Positions 38,764 through 48,516 of a DNA stretch of 64,000 nt are shown piece after piece. Source of the stretch: an uncultured Candidatus Rokubacteria bacterium (GTDB lineage Bacteria; Methylomirabilota; Methylomirabilia; Rokubacteriales; CSP1-6); NCBI GenBank assembly GCA_963754315.1, contig CAVWFS010000005.1:197936-261935 (forward strand), written 5' to 3'. The translations under genes and the position numbers were made by a program. The notes beneath the pieces are model-generated. The model was not told the origin of the DNA and did no database searches. It saw only the letters and a program-made list of their open reading frames with translations. Positions within the stretch are counted from its first letter, which is position 1; the number at the start of each line of letters is the position of its first letter.

Positions 38764-39520
38764 CTAGCTCTTCGGCGCCATCGGTAAGGCCGGCACCTGG
38801 TTGGTGTCGTAGACGGCCACAATCCTGACGTTCTGGTAGCGCTGGTCCACAGTCAGGTTCGCATCCTTGGGGCTGTACACATCACCGAGTCCGTAGACTT
38901 TGAAGAACTGGTGGGGGGACGTTGACAAGATACTGGTCGATGATGGGCTCGGGCGCCGCGGCACGCTCCCGGCTCAGCCGCTCGTTGGCCTCGGCACTGC
39001 CGGTGGCGGAGGCGCTCCCGACCAGCAGGAAGAGGACTTTCCGCCCTCGACTCTCGCGGGAGAGGTAGTCGAGGAAGGTGATGAGCCGCGTGTACTGGAG
39101 CGACCCCTGCTCGATCCGAGCCTCGCCGGTGGGGAAGAAAAGGGTGATCTGACCGGTGCCCTGCTGATTCGAGAGCTGCTCGAGCATCCCGAGCGCCTGC
39201 TGGGACGTCTGGAGGTTCTTGGTCTCCGTGCCCTTCAGCTGCAGGAAATCCTTACTCTGGGCTGCCTGGATTTGTTGATACTCCTTCATGTTGTTGTTGT
39301 TGGCGTCGACCACGATTTGGGCCAGGCTGCTGGCCTGCCGTCCTGAGGCCCCGCCGAAGACCGTGCCGTTTGGAAAGACCACCTGCTCAGGCTTCGCCAC
39401 GGGCTGCCCGGCCCCGGTGGGGGGCGCGGTCTGCATGGTGAGTTGCTCGGTCTGCCCGGCACAACCGGACAGCATCGCGGCGGCGGCGATACCAACGAGA
39501 GCTCGCACACCGGTGTTCAT
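38764..39520 (-). CDS. Lipoprotein with OmpA-like C-terminal domain (frameshift near 38915)
   Basis: Lipobox LSGC. LFFPTG...LVGSASATGS...NERLSRERA. C-terminus continues in the 38764-38964 frame. Confidence 0.7.
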
Positions 39521-39578
39521 CGCTGTCTCCTGTCTTTCAACGGCCAGTCCCCTTCGAGCGCAATGGGCTCGCTGTCGG

Positions 39579-40360
39579 TCAGTCGACGATCTGGTTGAGA
39601 AGCTTTTGAGAGTCGGCCTGGTACTGACTCTGAGTGATGAGCCCCTGGTTGAGCAGCGACTTGAGCTCCTTCAGCTTCGCCACCGCCGCGGCCTGGGTGC
39701 TGGTCAGGGCGGGGGCCGACGCTGCAGCCGGGGCGGCGGGCGGCGGCGCAGCAACTGTCTCCGGTGATCGTGGCGCCTGTGGAGGAGGGTAGCTATAGGG
39801 ATAGGGATTGGATCGGGCCTCTCCCATCTGCATGCCACGCTCTTCCCCCACCGCCATTCCCATGGCGGCCATGCGCCAGCGCCCGAAGATGTCGATGAAG
39901 AGCGACGACTCTTTGAAGGACGCGGGAAGCTTGCCCGTGAGGACCTTGGCCGTATACGACAGGGTACTGCGTTCCAGGCGGGGGCGAGTCAGCTCCACCA
40001 CCGCACTGGTGACGCCCTTCTCGCCGAGGATCGACAGCGTTGCATTCGGAGGGTTCTTGGCAAAGCTGTCCGAGCCCTTGTCCCAATGGCCGACGAATGC
40101 GGCGGTGCCGAGGTGTCCGGTCACGCGGTCCGGGCGATCGGAGAAGAAGAGAGGGTGGGGCCGACGCCCTTGAGCGTCAGCGTTTTGCCGTCGAAGCTGC
40201 CCGACAGCGCGTTCTGCACGAAGAGCAGTTCGACCTTGTGGGGCGCCGGCGCCGCGGCGGAGGCCGGCGGCGAGGCAGGCTGAGCCTGAAGGCTGCCCGT
40301 GGGACATAGGTGGAACGTGACGGCAATGAACGCAACGGCGACGACGAGTCCACGAACCAT
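39579..40360 (-). CDS. Secreted hypothetical protein with C-terminal SHOCT-like domain (frameshift near 40155)
   Basis: Signal peptide, LFVQ.A...FSDRP.R, and KLKELKSLLNQGLITQSQY...KLL. Confidence 0.7.
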
Positions 40361-40499
40361 ATTCTCAATCTCCTCCCTACGAGCTGAGCGATGACGAGGC
40401 ATTATGCGCCCACGAGCTCAGTGATTCGAGACCACTATTCGCTCGCTTTCATGTTGCGAACCAGGAGCATACCGCCCACCAGTTCCGGGCGGTGCGGCC

Positions 40500-40925
40500 T
40501 CACTTGGGCTTGCTGAAGTCGAAGTTATAGAGACCCGCGTCGGCCCAACCCGAGCCGACGAGGCCCCACGAGCTGCCCTGGTCCACGAGCGAGGCGGAGC
40601 CGGTCCGATTGTCAACCGCTATGCCGCCGCTCGTGTAACTGGTGACGAAATCCAGCTTCCCGTTTTTCAGCTGCGCCTTCCCTCGAGAGGTGAAGGCGCC
40701 GGCTTCCATCGCATAGGTTTCGTTGGGATAGACGATCAGGGTCGCCGGCAACCCTACTCCCGACGGAAGGATCATCGTGCCTTGCCAGGTCCCGGCCAGT
40801 TTGGAAATGTCACCCGGTTCCACGGGCACAACGCGTCCGCCCAGGCCACCACCGGCGCATCCTGCGATCGTCAACGCCACCATCGCCGCCATCAGGAACC
40901 TCAGTGTTGGTCGCTCTGCTCTCAT
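40500..40925 (-). CDS. Small lipoprotein
   Basis: Lipobox IAGC, LAGTWQG, and GGAG RBS. Confidence 0.65.
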   Translation of the reverse strand: MRAERPTLRFLMAAMVALTIAGCAGGGLGGRVVPVEPGDISKLAGTWQGTMILPSGVGLPATLIVYPNETYAMEAGAFTSRGKAQLKNGKLDFVTSYTSGGIAVDNRTGSASLVDQGSSWGLVGSGWADAGLYNFDFSKPK

Positions 40926-40947
40926 GACGGTCTCCTATCTCGAGCGC

Positions 40948-41997
40948 CTAGGGGTCGAACGCGAAGATGCGCTTCCAGTCGTTCTTCATGCTGATGACGT
41001 TCCAGCCGCGCTTCTTGGCTTCGTCGTAAAGGGCCTGCGTAAAGGCGCCGACCCTGGTGGCCGGCAGCCCTTGGGCGGGCCCGTACGCATACTCACGCTG
41101 CGCATCGTCGTGAAGCACCAGCATCATCAGCCGCGCGCCGTCGCCCGCCTGCGTGTACTCCAGCATCTGGCGATCGCCGGGGGAGTTGCCGAAGGCGGCG
41201 TAGGGCCGCCGTCCGATCATCAGGTGAATGCCTTCAGGCTTGCCGGCATTGTTGTCGTTCAGCAGCAGCTTCGGCTCCTTGGTGAGGAACGGTCGTCCGT
41301 CCTTGGCATAGCCGTACTTCGTGCCCCCCGCGGTGCCCACCACCTGCTCGGGCGGGATGCCATAGACCTGCTCGGAGTACACGCGCACGAAATCCTGGCC
41401 GCCCCCGGTCACGATGTAGGTCTTGTAGCCGTTGTCGCGGAAGTAGCGCAGCACCTCCTGCATGGGCTGATACGTGAGCTCGGTGTAGGGCCGCTTCCAG
41501 CGCGGATGCGTGGCGGCGCCCAGCCACTTCTTCACTTCGGCGTTGAACTCGTCCACGGTCATCCCGGTGAGGGTGGCGGCGAGAATCACCTCGAGGTCCT
41601 TCATCGAGAGCTTCGCCATCGCCTCCCGGTTGCCGGACAGTACGGTCTTGAAAGGCTCCACGTTCTTCAGCTCCGGCTTTTTCGCCACCACCGCTGGCAC
41701 CCGCTCCAGGCAGTAGACCACCTGCGTGTACATGGGATGCGAGACCCACAAGGTCCCGTCCTGGTCGAAGGTGGCGATACGCGCTTCGGGCGGGACGAAC
41801 TTTGGACTCGCCTTGTCGGTGGTGGCCTGCACGAACTCGACGATCGCCTTCTTGGCCGGCCCTTCGTTCCATGACGGCAGCGGGTCAGTCTGGCCGAACG
41901 CCGGCGGGCTCGAGCCGAGCCAGATGGCAAGCACGAGCAGCAGGAGGCATCGATGCACCGCGGCGATGGCCCTCATGACGAATGCTCCCCCTTTCAT
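40948..41997 (-). CDS. Exported HAD-family phosphatase
   Basis: DPLPSWNEG, FDQDGTLW, IVTGGG and AFGNSPGD. Confidence 0.88.
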   Translation of the reverse strand: MKGGAFVMRAIAAVHRCLLLLVLAIWLGSSPPAFGQTDPLPSWNEGPAKKAIVEFVQATTDKASPKFVPPEARIATFDQDGTLWVSHPMYTQVVYCLERVPAVVAKKPELKNVEPFKTVLSGNREAMAKLSMKDLEVILAATLTGMTVDEFNAEVKKWLGAATHPRWKRPYTELTYQPMQEVLRYFRDNGYKTYIVTGGGQDFVRVYSEQVYGIPPEQVVGTAGGTKYGYAKDGRPFLTKEPKLLLNDNNAGKPEGIHLMIGRRPYAAFGNSPGDRQMLEYTQAGDGARLMMLVLHDDAQREYAYGPAQGLPATRVGAFTQALYDEAKKRGWNVISMKNDWKRIFAFDP

Positions 41998-42012
41998 GTC
42001 TGTCTCCGGTGT

Positions 42013-43609
42013 TCAGTTGCGAGGCGGCGACAGGCTCTCCAGCTCCTTCAGCCGCTTCAGGACCGCCGCCGCCTTCAGGGTGGTGTAGTTGATGTTGGCG
42101 GCGTTCAGGCTGCTCCCCTCCTGGAACGGAAACTCGGGGACGGTGACCAGAAAGTCCTTGCAGCTTCTGCTGCACGGGCACGAAGAGCCAGATGTTGTCG
42201 GCGTACCAGCGTATGTACATCCCCGATTCGTGGGGCGCCTTCTCGTAGGGATCGGCTCTGAGATTCACGATCGTCGGCCAGCCGGTGACTTCGCGCACGC
42301 TGGTCGCGATGTTGCCCCGCTGGACGGCGAAATGGACCTTCCAGTCGTTCCAGCGGACGGCGTTCAGCTCGCCGCCCTGGCCGAAGTAGTAGATCTCCTC
42401 GCGTGGGCCCTTTTTCACCTCGCCCTTGAAGTAGGGCAGGAAGTCGTACCCGTCGAGATGGACCCGCCATGTCTTCCCGCCGGCCTGATAGCCCTGCTTG
42501 AGCTTGTCCTTGATGCCGGGCGCCCCCGCCGCGGCGAGCAAGGTAGGCAGCCAGTCCTCCTGGGAGATGATGTCGTTGTAGACGGTCCCGGGCTTGATGA
42601 CCCCTGGCCAGCGGACCGCGAGCGGCACTCTGAAACCGCCCTCCCACGTCGTGCCCTTCTCGCCCCGGAACGGTGTGGTCCCGCCGTCCGGCCAGGTGAC
42701 CGTCTCGGCCCCGTTGTCCGTCGAGTAGACGACGATGGTATTGCTCGCGATTCCGAGGTCGTCGAGCTTTTTGAGCAGCGCGCCGACCATGTCGTCGTGC
42801 TCGACCATGCCGTCCGGGTAGAGGCCGATCCCAGTGCGCCCCTGAGCCGACTTCCTGAGGTGGGTCCAGACATGCATCCGGGTCGTGTTGAACCAGACAA
42901 AGAACGGCTTCTTGTCGGCCACCGATTTATCGATGAACTTCTCGGCGGCGGCGAAGATCTCGCCGTCGACCGTCTCCATGCGCTGCCGGGTGAGGGGCCC
43001 GGTGTCGTCGATCTTCTGGCCGCCCTTGCCGTCGGCCCAGGTGTGAAGCACGCCCCGCGGCCCGAACTTCTTCCGGAACTCGGGATCCTTCGGGTAGTAG
43101 TAGGTCTCGGGTTCCTCCTCCGCGTTCAGGTGGTAGAGGTTGCCCAGGAACTCGTCGAAGCCGTGCATCGTCGGCAGGTGCGAATCGCGGTCGCCCAGGT
43201 GGTTCTTGCCGAACTGCCCGGTCGCGTACCCCTGCGGCTTCAGCAGGTCAGCGATGGTCGGCGCCCAGTCGGGAATGCCCTGGGCCGAGCCCGGCATGCC
43301 GATGGTCAGCAGGCCCGTGCGGAAGGGATGCTGGCCCAGGATGAACGACGCGCGGCCGGCCGTGCAGCTCTGCTGGGCGTAGGCGTCGGTGAAGATCGCG
43401 CCTTCTCGCGCGATCCGGTCGATGTTCGGCGTCCGGTAGCCCATGATCGCGTGGGTGTAGGCGCTGACGTTGTGGACGCCGATGTCATCGCCCCAGATGA
43501 CGAGGATGTTGGGTCTCGCTTGCTGCGCGTGGGCGACGCCTGCCCCCAGCGCGGACAGGGTTGCCACCAGTACCGTCGTGAGCGCGCACGACGTCAGTGC
43601 CTTCGACAT
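42013..43609 (-). CDS. Exported arylsulfatase (Cys-type), frameshift near 42160
   Basis: Signal peptide, [22 protein letters not shown] and STDNG. C-terminus in a shifted frame ends at TGA 42013. Confidence 0.9.
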
Positions 43610-43638
43610 ATGGCCTCCACGGCTGAGGGGATTTCGCC

Positions 43639-44121
43639 TCACGGGTTCAGCGAAATGACGACGGCGTCGCCCCCGAGGCTCAGGATCAGCCCTTCACGCT
43701 TCGCCTTCAGGCGCAGGATCACGCCCGCCTCGTTCTGCATCCAGAGATCGCCGGCGCTCGAGGAGCCGATGGCAAAGCCGTAGCGGGCCTGGCCATAGGT
43801 GCCGGGGAACTGGGAGAGGTCGCGGAGGTTGTACACCTCGCCCCTCGCGTCAATCGTGGAAAGGCCGATGCCGCCGATCCCGACCCCGCCGACCTGAAAC
43901 GGGTGCTCCTTGCCGCGAAAGACCAGGACGCCGGTCCCCGCGCTGCCGCTGCCGATGTAGGCCGCCTGCACCTCTTTCATGTCGACGGTGCCGTCTACTG
44001 TCTTACCCTTGACCGCATCCGGTCCGAGCTCGACGTTCCCGGCACACCCGGCCAGATAGAGTCCACATGCACTCACGAGCGCAACGCGCGCCACGAACAC
44101 CTTCATCGCTTGTGTGATCAT
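43639..44121 (-). CDS. DUF1134/EipA-like lipoprotein
   Basis: Lipobox LAGC. G.G.L.F.G, GEVYNL..L..F.G.Y and NEAGV.LRL. Confidence 0.6.
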   Translation of the reverse strand: MITQAMKVFVARVALVSACGLYLAGCAGNVELGPDAVKGKTVDGTVDMKEVQAAYIGSGSAGTGVLVFRGKEHPFQVGGVGIGGIGLSTIDARGEVYNLRDLSQFPGTYGQARYGFAIGSSSAGDLWMQNEAGVILRLKAKREGLILSLGGDAVVISLNP

Positions 44122-44231
44122 TCGGCGACCCCCCCGTGCCCAGCATGGGCTTGCGTTGTCATTCCTCTCCAGCGACGCATGCTCTGAGACGCTCGCTTGA
44201 GCAGCACTATCCTGCCAGTTGCAATGCGCAC

Positions 44232-44400
44232 TCAGTAGTCCCTCACGAACTTGCCGGTGGTAGACATCGGCTGCATCCAGCCGATGTCCTCACCCATGAT
44301 GAAGAGGATGTTGGGCTTCGGCTGCGCCGAGGGCCGGCATTGACGCCAGCCCCACGGCCGTGAACAGCGCGAGCAGCATAGGCCAGATCTTCCGAGTCAT
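44232..44400 (-). pseudogene. Arylsulfatase N-terminal remnant
   Basis: Signal peptide MTRKIWPMLL..., then shifted-frame KPNILFIMGEDIGWMQP, then stop. Confidence 0.7.
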
Positions 44401-44524
44401 CACGTACCCTCTTACCCTCGTTGAGCCTCCTGGTTCTTGTGACCGTCACGAACGCTTCACGGCGGCGCCCGCACGACGGACCGCCGCCCATCGGGATGCG
44501 GCTCCGCTCCCCCGCCCGCGATAC

Positions 44525-44923
44525 TCATCGGCGGCGGATGCTCGGCGACACATACCGTTCGTCCCGCAGGGCGGCGCGGAGCGCCGGCACCAACTCGCGG
44601 GCGGCAGTGTGTTTCAACACGTAGCCGAGCGCGCCGGCCGCATACCCTCGCTCCGCCAGATCGGGATCGTCATGCACGGTGACGAGCACGACCCGCGCGG
44701 CGGGATGTCGCGCACGGAGCGCCACCGTGGCGGCGATCCCGTCGAGACCAGGCATCACGATGTCGGTGACGATCACGTCGGGGTGGTAGTCGTCCACCGC
44801 CCGGAGAAGGGCATTTCCGTCGGCCACCGTGGCCACGACGTCGAACTGTGCGGCGAGCAGGCCGCGCAGCTCTTCGGCGACCCTCGCGTGATCTTCGGCG
44901 AGCAGCAGCCGCGGTCGATCCAC
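44525..44923 (-). CDS. Receiver-only response regulator (NarL-type REC)
   Basis: LLAEDH, VTDIVMPGLDG, VTVH and GYVLK. No HTH. Confidence 0.85.
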   Translation of the reverse strand: MDRPRLLLAEDHARVAEELRGLLAAQFDVVATVADGNALLRAVDDYHPDVIVTDIVMPGLDGIAATVALRARHPAARVVLVTVHDDPDLAERGYAAGALGYVLKHTAARELVPALRAALRDERYVSPSIRRR

Positions 44924-45049
44924 GCGCCGAATGTAGGGTCTGAGGACGCCGCGCACAATTCGGAGAATTACGGAAGGACTCCGGAGAACTCCGGAGGCGA
45001 GCGTCGGGGCCCCGTCCTGGGGGTCGGCCCTGGCTACCCTGCCGGGATG

Positions 45050-45116
45050 GAGCACGCAGGCCGTGCTCGATGGCGTAGCGGATCAGCTCGGCGGTGGTCT
45101 GGAGTCGGTCGCCCAA
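45050..45116 (-). pseudogene. LuxR-HTH C-terminal remnant
   Basis: LQTTAELIRYAIEHGL. Confidence 0.55.
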
Positions 45117-45241
45117 CGCTGACGAAGCTGCTGCCTCACGCCGAGGCGTAGTAACAGAACGCCCGGGAAGAGCAGTGAGGCTTTCCTTCCGGCGCCGTCG
45201 CGTGATATCTCTTCTTGTGGGGAAACCGCGGGGGACATCGT

Positions 45242-45370
45242 ATGCCGGACGCGAAGAAGCCGAACATCCTCGTCATCTGGGGGGACGACATCGGGCAATC
45301 CAATCTCCGCTGCTACACGAAGGTGGTGATGGGGTACCGGACTCGCAACATCGACCGGATCGAGAGCTGA
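45242..45370 (+). pseudogene. Arylsulfatase N-terminal remnant
   Basis: [42 protein letters not shown] then stop. Confidence 0.75.
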
Positions 45371-46359
45371 TGGTCGCCGACCGGAAGGCGGAATACCTGG
45401 CGGCGGCGCCGCCGCCAGGCCCCCCGCCGGCGCCCGACATGGTGTGGATCCCGGGCGGCGCGTTCCGCATGGGATCCGACCACCACTACCCGGAGGAGGC
45501 GCCCGCCCACGAGGTTACCGTGGATGGGTTCTGGATGGATCGGTACACGGTGACCAACCGCGAGTTCCGGCGATTCGTGGAGGCGACGGGACACGTGACG
45601 TTGGCGGAGCGCCCGCCAACGGCCGAGGACTACCCGGGCGCCAAGCCCGAGATGCTAGTGGCCGCGTCGATGCTGTTCAGGAAGTCCCTGCACCCGGTCG
45701 ATCTCCGCAACCCCGTCAACTGGTGGGACTGGACCCCGGGGGTGGACTGGCGGCGCCCTCGAGGGCGGCAGAGCTCGCTCGGGGGACTCGCCAGGCACCC
45801 GGTGGTCCACGTGGCGTACGAGGACGCGGAGACCTATGCCCGGTGGGCGGGGAAGGCGCTCCCCACCGAGGCTGAGTGGGAGTTCGCCGCCCGCGGGGGC
45901 CTCGATGGCGCGGAGTTCTGCTGGGGCCACGAGTTCACCCCCCGCGGCAAGTCCATGTGCAACTCCTGGCAGGGCGACTTTCCTCACGAGAATCTCCTCA
46001 CCGATGGGTACGAGTGGACGGCGCCCGTGGGGTCGTTCCCCCCGAACGGCTACGGCCTCCACGACATGGCCGGCAACGTGTGGGAGTTGACGATGGACTG
46101 GTACCAGCCGCACGCGGAGCTGGTGCATCCCTGCTGCGAGAGCGTGAACCCGCTCGGGGGCCAGGCGGAGCGGAGCTACCACGCGGGGATGCGGGGCCTC
46201 CGGATCCCCCGTCGCGTCATGAAGGGCGGTTCCTACCTGTGCGCACCCAACTACTGCCGGCGCTACCGGCCCGCGGCCCGGATGGCCCAGCCGATCGACA
46301 CCTCGACGTGCCACCTGGGCTTCCGGTGCGTCGTCCGGATGCCGAGCCAGCCGCGCTGA
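45370..46359 (+). CDS. Formylglycine-generating enzyme family (sulfatase-modifying factor)
   Basis: F.MGSD..YPEE, HPVV.V...DA, LPTEAEWEFAARGG, DMAGNVWE, KGGSYLCAPNYCRRYR and GFRCV. Confidence 0.92.
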   Translation: MVADRKAEYLAAAPPPGPPPAPDMVWIPGGAFRMGSDHHYPEEAPAHEVTVDGFWMDRYTVTNREFRRFVEATGHVTLAERPPTAEDYPGAKPEMLVAASMLFRKSLHPVDLRNPVNWWDWTPGVDWRRPRGRQSSLGGLARHPVVHVAYEDAETYARWAGKALPTEAEWEFAARGGLDGAEFCWGHEFTPRGKSMCNSWQGDFPHENLLTDGYEWTAPVGSFPPNGYGLHDMAGNVWELTMDWYQPHAELVHPCCESVNPLGGQAERSYHAGMRGLRIPRRVMKGGSYLCAPNYCRRYRPAARMAQPIDTSTCHLGFRCVVRMPSQPR

Positions 46360-46376
46360 CCGACGCGCATCTGGCG

Positions 46377-47015
46377 ATGGAATCAGCGATGGCGGAAGGT
46401 GATGTCCTGCTGGGGTTAGGGAAGGTCTTCACGCTGCTCTTCGTGACACTCGGGCCCATCAAGATCGTCGGCCCGTTCCTGCAGCTGACGCGCGAGGCGG
46501 ACGATTCGACGCTACGGCAGATTGCCGTGCGGGCATGCGTGCTCGGGGTGATCGCCGTGGTCGTCGGCGGCTTCGTCGGTTGGGCGCTACTCCAGAACTG
46601 GAACCTCTCGGTCTGGGCGATGACGCTCGCCGGGGGGATCATCTTCTTCCTTGTCGGTCTGAGTGTGGTCTTCGAGCAGTACCGGCCCGAGCCCGCGGCG
46701 CCCCCGCCGCTCCCGGCCGCACCGATGGCGGCCGCTTTCCGGCTTGCCTTTCCCACGGTCGTCACGCCCTATGGCATTGCGGCCGTCATCGCCCTCCTCG
46801 CCAACAGCCCTCACGCCGCGCGCACCGCGACCATCGTTGCCATGCTGATGGGGGTGATGGCGCTCAACCTGCTGTCGATGCTGTCCGCGCGCCGGGTCAT
46901 GGGCGGCGTCGCCGTCATGGTCCTGCGGATCTTCGGCGCGGTCCTGGGCGTGTTGCAGGTCGCCGTCGCGTTGGAGTTCATCCTCCGCGGGCTGCGCGGC
47001 ATCGGAGTGGTCTAG
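46377..47015 (+). CDS. MarC family membrane protein
   Basis: LFVTLGP, AGGIIFF, AFPTVVTP and six TM segments. Confidence 0.8.
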   Translation: MESAMAEGDVLLGLGKVFTLLFVTLGPIKIVGPFLQLTREADDSTLRQIAVRACVLGVIAVVVGGFVGWALLQNWNLSVWAMTLAGGIIFFLVGLSVVFEQYRPEPAAPPPLPAAPMAAAFRLAFPTVVTPYGIAAVIALLANSPHAARTATIVAMLMGVMALNLLSMLSARRVMGGVAVMVLRIFGAVLGVLQVAVALEFILRGLRGIGVV

Positions 47016-47169
47016 CCCCTGCGAAGCCGGGATCGGTGCCCTGCTGAACGTGTTTCTCCGGGTCGGCCCCTCCTGATAGAGGCGAACGCTCAGTTATCCC
47101 GCTGGAACAGCGCGAGGGAGGCGTCGTTGATCGCAGAATCTACTTAACATGTCCTGAATCCCCGACACG

Positions 47170-48411
47170 TCAGCTCTCCGCTCTTCGTGCGTGGCACCGC
47201 GACGCGTCGAACACGACCTGATCGTACCACCAGAGCCGTTCAAAGAAGCTACGTGCCATATCGAGCTGCGATTCTGTTTGTGAGGATGGCAAGGTTCTTT
47301 CCACTATGCCGCCGATACTATCGTTCCCATCAATGGCATCGAACAAACGCTTTTCCGTTGAATCTATTGGCATGAACAGATCCCGGTAGGCGTGTGTCTG
47401 GTTGATCAGCACACTCGCGGCCCCGGGCGGCAGCCGCTCCTGCACAGAGATCGTGTCTGGCATTCGAAGCGGCACATAGCCGAGCCAGGCGTCGCCGGCG
47501 AAATTGACCGGTTGCGGACCGCCAGGGCTGTCGTTTCGATAAACAACCGCGCTGTGGCGTACCATGGTGCCGCGAAATAGCTCGACAGCGGCATACTGCT
47601 CTGCGACGGAAAGGTCTTTCAGCCGGAAGGCCTGCGGGATCTTTGCTACGACACCGCAATGAGGGCTGTAAGGTGCTTGTTTTACCCAGCGGCCAAATGT
47701 CAGTCCGGCCTTTTCGATGAAATCAAAGAATTGCGGCACTGAATAGCTGCGGTCCTGCGGGTTCAGCAGCGCGTCGGCGAGCGCCGCCTCCTCACGGAAA
47801 TCCGGGGTCTCGCGCAGCAGATGTTCCAACGGATGGCCGGGCGGCAACGCTGCCAGCACAGCGATGAGATCGCGGATCTCCTCATCGTTGGTCTGGATAC
47901 CGATCCTTCTGCAGAACTCTTGCAGCATATAGATGCCGGCCCGCCCGTAAGGCGCATACACCATGAGATGCATCGCGCCGTCCGGTTTCAGCACGCCGCG
48001 CAGAGCGCTGAGCCCCGCATCGGGGTCCGCAAGATGATGGAGAACCCCGGTGCAGATAATCTGATCGAAGCTCATTTTCAAATCGCTCACGCGCTCGATC
48101 GGAATCTGGCGGACCTGGAGATTGCTTAACTCATATTTTCGTTTGAGCTCCTCGGTACAGCGCACGCTGATTGCGCTGAAGTCAATGCCGGTAACCTGAG
48201 CAGCCGGCCAACGCAACGCATGCTTGGCCGCCTGCGATGTCCCGCACCCGGCAATCAGGATGGATTGGTCTTCCCGATAGGGTCGTCCAGGCCAAAAGAG
48301 ATGATAGTCCACCCGGCGTTTTTGCCGGTCCTGCCCGAGCCGTCGATATTTCTCCAGGCTGTCGATCGGCCGGGGATACGGATACCGTTCGTAGAAGTCC
48401 TGGACTTCCAT
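47170..48411 (-). CDS. Class I SAM-dependent methyltransferase
   Basis: FYERYPYP, LIAGCGT, CTGVLHHL, MVYA.YGR and DALLNPQDR. Confidence 0.85.
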   Translation of the reverse strand: MEVQDFYERYPYPRPIDSLEKYRRLGQDRQKRRVDYHLFWPGRPYREDQSILIAGCGTSQAAKHALRWPAAQVTGIDFSAISVRCTEELKRKYELSNLQVRQIPIERVSDLKMSFDQIICTGVLHHLADPDAGLSALRGVLKPDGAMHLMVYAPYGRAGIYMLQEFCRRIGIQTNDEEIRDLIAVLAALPPGHPLEHLLRETPDFREEAALADALLNPQDRSYSVPQFFDFIEKAGLTFGRWVKQAPYSPHCGVVAKIPQAFRLKDLSVAEQYAAVELFRGTMVRHSAVVYRNDSPGGPQPVNFAGDAWLGYVPLRMPDTISVQERLPPGAASVLINQTHAYRDLFMPIDSTEKRLFDAIDGNDSIGGIVERTLPSSQTESQLDMARSFFERLWWYDQVVFDASRCHARRAES

Positions 48412-48420
48412 TGCTACCCC

Positions 48421-48493
48421 AGTTCAAGGTTCAAAGTTCAATGTTCCAGGTCGAACGAGTTACACGTTGAACCTGGAACATTGAACCTTAAAC
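48421..48493. repeat. Heptamer-based inverted repeat / hairpin
   Basis: Tandem NGTTCAA-like units. Perfect 16-bp stem GTTCAATGTTCCAGGT (48436-48451) / ACCTGGAACATTGAAC (48471-48486). Confidence 0.75.
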
Positions 48494-48516
48494 AGCTTGT
48501 GTCTTCCCCTGAGCTC

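Noticed and set aside
48421..48493. Possible CRISPR repeat
   Set aside because: A single hairpin with no repeat-spacer periodicity. No cas genes in the window.
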